Source: Lama guanicoe (Eukaryota). Taken from it: DNA of 64,000 nucleotides. Of this stretch, positions 56,505 to 64,000 are shown piece by piece; within the stretch, counting starts at the first letter, position 1, and each line of letters starts with the position of its first letter. The position numbers were made by a program, and so were the translations under genes. The stretch is taken from the NCBI GenBank assembly GCA_013239625.1, contig MU053881.1:7215957-7279956 (forward strand), given 5' to 3'. The notes under the pieces are model-generated. The model was not told the origin of the DNA. It saw only the letters and a program-made list of their open reading frames with translations, and did not search any database.

Positions 56505-56645
56505 GGGGAGGGTATAGCTCAGTGGTAGAGCGCAAATTTAGCATGCACGAGGTCCTGGGTTCAATCCTTGGTACCTCCATTAAAATAAATGAACAAATAA
56601 ATGAGTAAATAAACCTAATTACTGCCACCCCCCCCCCAAAAAGCA
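56505..56645 (+). mobile_element. tRNA-Ala-derived SINE (camelid Vic-1-like), apparently inserted at the edge of a MIR
   Basis: GGGGAGGGTATAGCTCAGTGGTAGAGCG (A box) ... TTAGCATGCACGAGGTCCTGGGTTCAATCC (B box), then an AT-rich aaataaat tail and a C-run. The acceptor stem is not intact, so this is not a tRNA gene. Confidence 0.85.
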
Positions 56646-57198
56646 AAGCAACAGCAACAGGGCTAACACATGTGGAGGGCTTATTACATGCCAGGCACTG
56701 CTCTACGTACTTCATTTATATTCTCTGACTTAATTAATACATATTAATTCCATAGAAAGTCATTGAGATAGAATAGAGGCCATTATTATGTCCATTTTAT
56801 GGATAAGAAAACTGAGCTGACAGTTTTATTGTCTATTCCTCTGTATTACTTAAATATTTTATAACGAGGCAGTTTTCATGCATAAAATGTATGCAAAAAG
56901 AATGAACAATTAGAAACACCAAATAAATGTGAGAGAGAGTTGGGAGCAACATTTCCTGAACACCTACTATCAGGTTGCCATGTTACACGCTTTTCTTAAA
57001 CCTAACAACATCCCCAAGAGGAAGGCAATACGGGTGCCAATTCAAGCAATCAGAAACTGGGGTTTCAGGGAGGTGGCACAACTTGCCTAAGGTCGCACAG
57101 CAGGTAGATATTTAAGTATTGCGACTTGATCTCAAAGCCCATGCTCTTCCACGTCAGTGGGGCATCTGGTGATGCTAACTCAGCGTGTGCTGATTTGA

Positions 57199-57420
<222 letters not shown>

Positions 57421-59887
57421 GCTTGCGGGGACCACTCGCTCTGCGCTCCCTCCGCGAGGTGGCCACATCACTGCCCTCAGGCTTCTCTGTTTCTTAGCAA
57501 AGGCCCCAGGCTCTGAGCCACTCGACCTGCGAAACCACTACAACAGGGGTGGGTTGGGGGGGTGGAGGGGCTGCTTTAGCCACCACTGGACACCTGAGCA
57601 CAGCCTCACCTGAGTGCGTGCCACTGCTGGCTGAGGACTTCATGGACCTGAGTGACTACCTGCCTCGCTTCCTGTCACACCCAGCCAGGCCACAGTTTGG
57701 TCTGAGGGTCTAGATTCCCACCATGGGCAAATGCCCCCTCGCCCTTTCCTATACCTCTGGGATGCTAAGCACTTCCTGCCCATCCTGGGTCCATTATCCC
57801 AAAGGAAAAGCAAAGTGTTGTGCAGAGCAGGAAGGTTTTAAGCAGATACTCAGAAAAAAAAAAAAAGATACTGAAACTGGCAGTTTTCTAAGATATTGGC
57901 ATACATAATAAGCACAACAAAGCGGGCAGGGCATAAAACTGCAAGATCACCTGGGGGTTGGGTTGTTTTCATGCTTAATTAGCCCCTTGATCCCAAAGCA
58001 AGGATTTGTCATCTCATGCTGTGTGGGCCTCAGAGTCTGTGGCAGAGTAAGGTCGCTGCAGGACACAAGGGACTTGCAGGTGTGAGTATCCTGCAGTTGT
58101 GGCTACTCGGGGGCCCACTTTAAATCATCCTGCTTCTCAGCCTGAGGCCTGAGGCCGCCTGGCAAATGGATGGGCTCTGGTTTGGGTTTGAACTTTAAGA
58201 TTCCGCAGTTAACTTCCCTGAAACTTTTCAGATCAGGAGATCCAGCAGCCTGTCTGTCCATTTCATCTTACCAGTAACAGAAATAAGACTAAGATAAAAC
58301 ACAACACTGGTTCTCGCTCATTTATCCCTGCAACAGCCTTGTAGATAAGTTTAAAGGTATATTAATCTCCACAGCCTCCCTTCCTGGTGACCAGGCAATG
58401 GCCACCTGATTGAAGAAGCAGCAGGACTTGGGGTGAGGATTTTTTTTCTCTTTCCATTTTAGTATTAAAGACCTTTCCTTCCCAAAGTCTAAATTCTTTT
58501 AAAGTCTGGCTCACTTCTTTTGACAAGACCCCCATACATGTGGGTCCAGTCGAACTTGCATGGCTGAACAAACTGCTAAAGGAATATAATTAAGTGATTG
58601 CTGCATACTCTTAGGGATGAGGGGTAGGTTGGCGAGGCTCATATTCCTTCTTGTTAAATTCTCTATCAGCCTGGGGTTGGATTGAAGCTGCTTAGAAAAG
58701 GGATCCTAAACTCAACAAGCATCCAATGAAGGAGGCATTTCATAATCCCCTTTGCTAAAGATTGGGTGTCTTTGCAGACTGTGGCACCCTGCGTGAACGT
58801 GGGATGTTGAGTACCCTACTGCAAATTGAGACTAATTGAGCAAACCACTCCGACAGCCTCACCTTCCCCTGTCACTGCGCTGCAGTGCACAAAGCTATTT
58901 CAGTGAGCGCGAGAGGGAAATTTGGCAAGGAATCTCAGCTTGCACTATTTAAGTCTTGGAACGTCATTCAAGATGTTCTTGTTCTGTTTCTACTGTAATG
59001 TTTAAACCCACAAAATGAGACCAGAATACATAACGTGAAGCTAGAATTAAGATAAATACACTTGTCGTACTTAAGAAGCCACATTTCAATAAGAGATGCT
59101 ACTACTGGCTAAAAGCCACAGATCTTTCTGTATCCACACAGTCAACTCTCAGTTGGCCCCCACAATGGAAAAGAACAGCACAGAGGATAATCCAATAAAG
59201 CAGAATCATTTGGGATCTCTTATATAATTTTATCCTGTAGTAGAGCTTCCATCATAATTTGCTTTGCTTACACTAATTTTCAAATTAATTTATGCTCTTA
59301 GGCAGCATGCTAGAATGCAAAGAATCCTGTTCCCAGAATTAAGGGACCCAGGCAATAGAACAGTCTATTGCATCAACCTTTAGCAAATTGCTTACATTTC
59401 CAGGGCCTGTTTGTCCATTCTCGAATGGAGACAGGAACACCTACTCTACCTGTTGCATAAAGTCTGTGCACATTCCAACATCAAATGAGCAGAGCCACCC
59501 AGAGCGGACATGGATCATTTGCCAAAGTTAGCCTGTCATGATGAAGAGGTGTCGGAGGTAACTCACACACCAAAAGGGTTATCCAACCCTTGGATAATTA
59601 AGAAGTATACATTGTCATACACTTTGAATTGGGAGCCTCAGGTAAACCCTCAACTGAATTAGATGCAATCGTGGTCGGAAAAGGCTGGCATTTCTAGAAA
59701 TAAAGCCAAACAAGGCTATAACAATTCTATACCAAAGCACAACACAGCATCGCCTGGGCCACCAACCTGCAGCTGGGTAGGAGGTCTCTTCTGAAGACTG
59801 AACATTTGAACTTGTGATGAGGGCAATGGATTCAGTAAAAAAACCTTCCTGCTAAACAAAAATGATCATCTCTGTGTTTAAAAAAGA

Positions 59888-59922
59888 ATATATATATATA
59901 TATATATATATATCTATATATA
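59888..59922. repeat. (TA)n microsatellite in the putative 3' UTR
   Basis: atatatatatatatatatatatatatctatatata. Confidence 0.95.
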
Positions 59923-60278
59923 CATTTACCAAAACTCTATACTCATCTATTCTTGTGAAAATTGCTTCTTTGTAAAATATTATGTAACATCTGTCAGGAT
60001 ATCCTACAGAAATGTGTACTTGAGGTTATCTGGTTTTACGGAGAGACGTTAATTTAGCAAAAGGTACTTTTGTAAAGTTGGGAGGAAAAAGACTGATAAG
60101 TCAGTTTAAGTCGCAGGAGTTTATGTAGCTGCTCACTCCGTAGTTAAAAAAAAAATGCATACTCACTGTCCTTGGAACTTAATACCAGCTCACCTATAGA
60201 GCACCTTCTTAAAGACTATGTACTAATGTAAGGTTTTGTAAATTTCTAAACTGTTTTAAATGGGATATTATCTTTTGC

Positions 60279-60284
60279 AATAAA
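60279..60284 (+). terminator. Polyadenylation signal AATAAA, likely the distal INSYN2B site
   Basis: AATAAA with upstream TGTA elements (e.g. tgtactaatgtaaggttttgtaaa) and downstream T/GT-rich sequence. Other AATAAA hexamers lie at 59193 and 59699. Confidence 0.6.
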
Positions 60285-62269
60285 CTTACATATTTTTCTT
60301 AGGTTTTAAGACTCGATTACTAGCTTGGGTCGATTTGGGTTATGATATTTAAACTTAAGAAGGATGTCTCCAAGGTCCTAATGGCAGAGATAGTTTTTAT
60401 TATAATCACTTCTATATGTTTCCCAGGGAAACAAAGAGCACATTCAGAACTTAGCATGGCGGCCGTCTCCTGAAGGCCCACGTGTCCTGGGAGCGAGGGA
60501 GGCAGTGAGAACCAATGGTGCAGCTCCCAGCTTCATCCAGACAGACGCACACTCATGATTTTTGTCATTATTATGCCCATCCACCTGAAATGTAATTTAT
60601 TCAACATTTTTCTTTAGTTATTTTCCCCGTAATTTTCTTGCTAAAAAGGCAACTTGATATTGCCACCACGAGAAAAACCAACATGATGCTCCAAAAATAA
60701 AAGATGAAATTGAAATAATTTGTTTAAATCCTTGCTAGAGACTCTTGAATGTGGAAGGTGCTGAGCTTGAGACCAACTAACTCTCTTTGTTGAAAAAGGA
60801 GATTAGCAAATATTCAACAGGTGCTAAAGCCACATTAACACCAAATGCATTTTCTACTTGACCAATCAGGATGCTTGAGAGAGAACTGAAAAGGAAACAA
60901 CACTCCCATCCTGTGATTTAATTTTCACCCCCTGCATTGTCCACAAGCCACCTATAACCAACTTGTTTACAAATTTGGGGGAGGAGGCCTGGATACAGAA
61001 TCAGAAGTCTTGGGTTTGATATTATCCTGCCATTTAATACTCTTCCTTTTGCTGGGTGACCATGGGAGGGTTAACCTCAGTGAGATACTGGTTCCTTTTC
61101 TTATGATGCTGAGCACAGCCCTTACCTTACAAGACAATTCAGTGGAGGAAAGCCTTGAGCATCATGTAGGGCACACAATAGGTGCTCAACAAATGCGTAT
61201 TTATTCATTTGCGGATTGAAGTAAATTGGGAGGAGAGGGAAGATGCCCCTATGGGACTGCAGTGGGTTTTCGGAAACAGGCCTAAGATTTTCTCTGAGCA
61301 AAAAGGGGTGTTAATAAGGAATGAACTCTTCCTGGCCTTACTAAGACCAGAAACCACAACCATGGACGGTAAGTAACAAGTCCTCAGGGAGCCGGAAGAA
61401 TATGCAGGCATATCGAGCGCAGCACAGCCCTTCGGGTAGTGAAGGACTCCTGCTGCATGGGAATCAAACGTCCTTGAGATGAAACGCTGCATGAGCTGGG
61501 TCCCTGCCATTTTAAGCACGAGGCAACCCAGGAAGGCTCAATGATGCGTCCAGAGGCTCCTAGCAATCACGTGGGAAGCCAGTGCTGAGAGCAGTGTGGT
61601 GAGGGGTGTGCAAGGTGTGAGGGCCTACCAGACATCTGGGCCTGGCGCAGTCGGGAACTACCGACACCAGGCTTGAGACCTATTCTGACCTCCAGGTACA
61701 GTTTCGTAATTTGCTGACCAGAGGCCTCAGGATAGCTTTTACTTGAAAAGGCTCTCATTTTAAGCTACTCAAGGCAACTTGCTGTATGCTAAAAGCGTGT
61801 TTCTCTTTTTAAGTTTCGAGAAACGTAGATGTTTTGTGAACATTACACCCATCAAGCATAGTTTGCAATTAAAAGAGCTAAGAGACAAATCCATACTCAA
61901 CACTGCTCGCATTTGGTGCAAACCGTGTTTTGACCGGCTTAATGCTCATAACCCCTTTGGGGTACTTCACCCCAACTTCATCCTCATTTTCTTTCAACCA
62001 ATTTACAGCCTAAATTCCTATTGCTCACGTCTATCACCCCTACTCCCGAGGTTTCCCAAATATATGATTTCTTCTTGCCTCCTCCAGGGTCCTCAATCCA
62101 TGAAGAGCAACCAAGAGCTTGGTTTTCTCACTGCCAGACTAAGCCGAGTTCCAAGGTGAGGGTGCCTTCACCACTGGCATCTTGATGCAAACCTCCTTCT
62201 TCTCTCAGCTGGCCTCCAAAGCAGCGTCCCAACTGGTCCCCCACGTGCACGATGCCCTTTCCCTTCCAC

Positions 62270-62870
62270 CACGTAACAGCAAAAGCAATCATTGCAGAAT
62301 TCAGATCTGACCCACGTCGCACTCTGGCTGTCACAATCTGGCTTCCTGATCCACTTAGGAAGTAAGACCGGGTCTGTCACTATGGCCCAGAAGGTCCCAC
62401 CTGGCTCTCCTGTGCAAGCCCCCATCACAGGCCCTCTCACTGTCTGCTCTACAGTCACACTGAGTCACCTTCAGGTCCTCGGAACTACCATGCCCACACT
62501 CCCTAAGGGGTCTGCGCACACTGTTCCTTCTGCCTGGAATAATCACCACGCCACCCTCCCTGCCCAGTTCCTAGTTCTGTTGGGGTCTCCCAGGCAAGGC
62601 TTTCTACGACTGCCATCACCACTGCCCCAGGTCACACCAAATACCTCTCTCATACACTCACCTGGCACCAGGGACCCCCTCCATTAAAGTCCTTGGCACA
62701 GCTGTCCCTGCACATACATTTATGTCATTCTTTGATGAATGTTTTTTTCTCTCATTAGCCTATTGTCTTTCAAGGTAGAAATCCTGCCTATTTTTGCTCA
62801 TCTTTGTACACCCAGCACTTAACACAATGGGATTCAAATATCTGTTGCAGGATAAATTAACGAATGAATG
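62270..62870 (+). mobile_element. LINE-2 fragment
   Basis: cagatctgacccacgtcgcactc ... ctgttccttctgcctggaat ... cccagcacttaacacaatgg...aaatatctgttg...gaatgaatg. Confidence 0.6.
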
Positions 62871-64000
62871 GAGTCAATGGAGAGACAGGAAGAAATGATT
62901 CTCAGTTTTTCCCCTCATCTATCAGTCCTCACATGAGGATGGTCCCATTGGTGTCTACAGCCTCCAACTGTGCCCCCAGGAGCACCCAGCCTCCCACTGA
63001 TTAGGGCCCTCAGCAGCTAATGTTGCCAGGGCTTCCTATTTCTCTGCGGTCCGCATGGCATTCAGGACCCAAGAGCATCAAGCCACTACCGTCCTCCCTC
63101 ACCACATTTATCTTGAGTATTGACAGCCCAGCTTAACCTTGTTTCAGAACAAATTGCCATCATAATTAAATCCCAATGCATTTTGCACATTTTACCAAGA
63201 TACTGCCTTCCTGTATGAAACAGAAAATTAGTTTTGAAATTAAAGCAGATTGTTAACTATTTTTTGCTGTAATGTTTCCATTTAAATGCCAGGATTTATA
63301 ACATGATGACCTAGTCCATTTCAGACAAAATGCAATTTAAAGGAGACAGGGTCTGTCTAACCAAAGAAGCGTTTTGGGCAAAGGATTTTGTCTTGGCTTA
63401 AGCCACAGCTAAAATGAAAACGTAGCAAGCATCACACCAAAGAATTATTTGCTCCGAAGCAAATAAAAGCTTTAGTATCATGGATGCCTTTTCACAGATT
63501 CTCAGAATCCATAACTATGGTATTAAATTCCACTTCAGTGAAACCCATATTTTTTTTTCTTCTGGCAAAACCTCAATATACATTTCTTCAATCTTCAGCC
63601 AAACACAGTGACCTCTCATCAGTGCCTGTGCTTGGTCTCCCAGGTAGCACACGCGATGTTGTGATACCCTGGTTATGCTGACAGAGAAGCCTTCTTCCTG
63701 CTGAGCCAAATGGGCTGAGTCATTTTAATTGCTGAAATCGAGTGGTTCACACGGCTCTTCCACCGAGCACACCGAGCCCCAACAGAACCTAATCCCACAT
63801 GCAGAGCTCCCACGTGGGTGACAGATGAGAAAAGTCATGCGTTGTTGTCACTGGTTTTTGTTTGTTTGTTTGTTTCAAGGTAAAAAACAATATGCTTTCT
63901 GTGATCAGGGATCAACGAGAGCAAAATCAAAGCTGCGCAAAGCATCAGCGTTTGCAAACGCAGACCACTGACCCGACTGGAATTCCTGGAACTGACCCCT

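Larger units (their letters stand above)
57421..60305 (+). other. INSYN2B: Probable 3' UTR of INSYN2B (about 2.9 kb)
   Basis: Follows the stop codon, is largely repeat-poor and increasingly AT-rich, and ends at AATAAA 60279-60284 followed by T-rich sequence. The end position is inferred. Confidence 0.6.

Noticed and set aside
56505..56580. Functional tRNA-Ala gene
   Set aside because: Acceptor and anticodon stems are disrupted, and an AT-rich SINE tail follows instead of a T-run terminator.

Overview
Mammalian genomic DNA. A tRNA-Ala-derived SINE resembling camelid Vic-1 suggests a camel, alpaca or llama; this assignment is from recall, not a search. One protein-coding gene is supported: INSYN2B (FAM196B) on the + strand. 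Its three coding exons, join(39446..40770, 41902..41976, 57234..57420), total 1587 nt (528 aa plus stop), with GT-AG introns and consistent phases. The 75-nt middle exon is absent from the ORF track in its coding frame. The first coding exon probably starts at 38528, giving about 918 nt of uAUG-rich 5' UTR, and the 3' UTR probably runs about 2.9 kb to an AATAAA at 60279. In human, INSYN2B lies antisense inside a large DOCK2 intron; I found no DOCK2 exon here, so the whole window is probably DOCK2 intron on the - strand. The rest is intronic sequence: a 3.9-kb L1, L2, many MIRs, hAT DNA-transposon relics, a MaLR LTR, a composite minisatellite and simple repeats. I cannot support a wholly new biological system. 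The best leads are: repeated LC8-type motifs and a skippable CxxC micro-exon in INSYN2B, uORFs abutting the start codon, an out-of-order MIR-containing insert inside the L1, and a tailless tRNA-half retrocopy. Repeat family names come from visual recognition and their boundaries are approximate.
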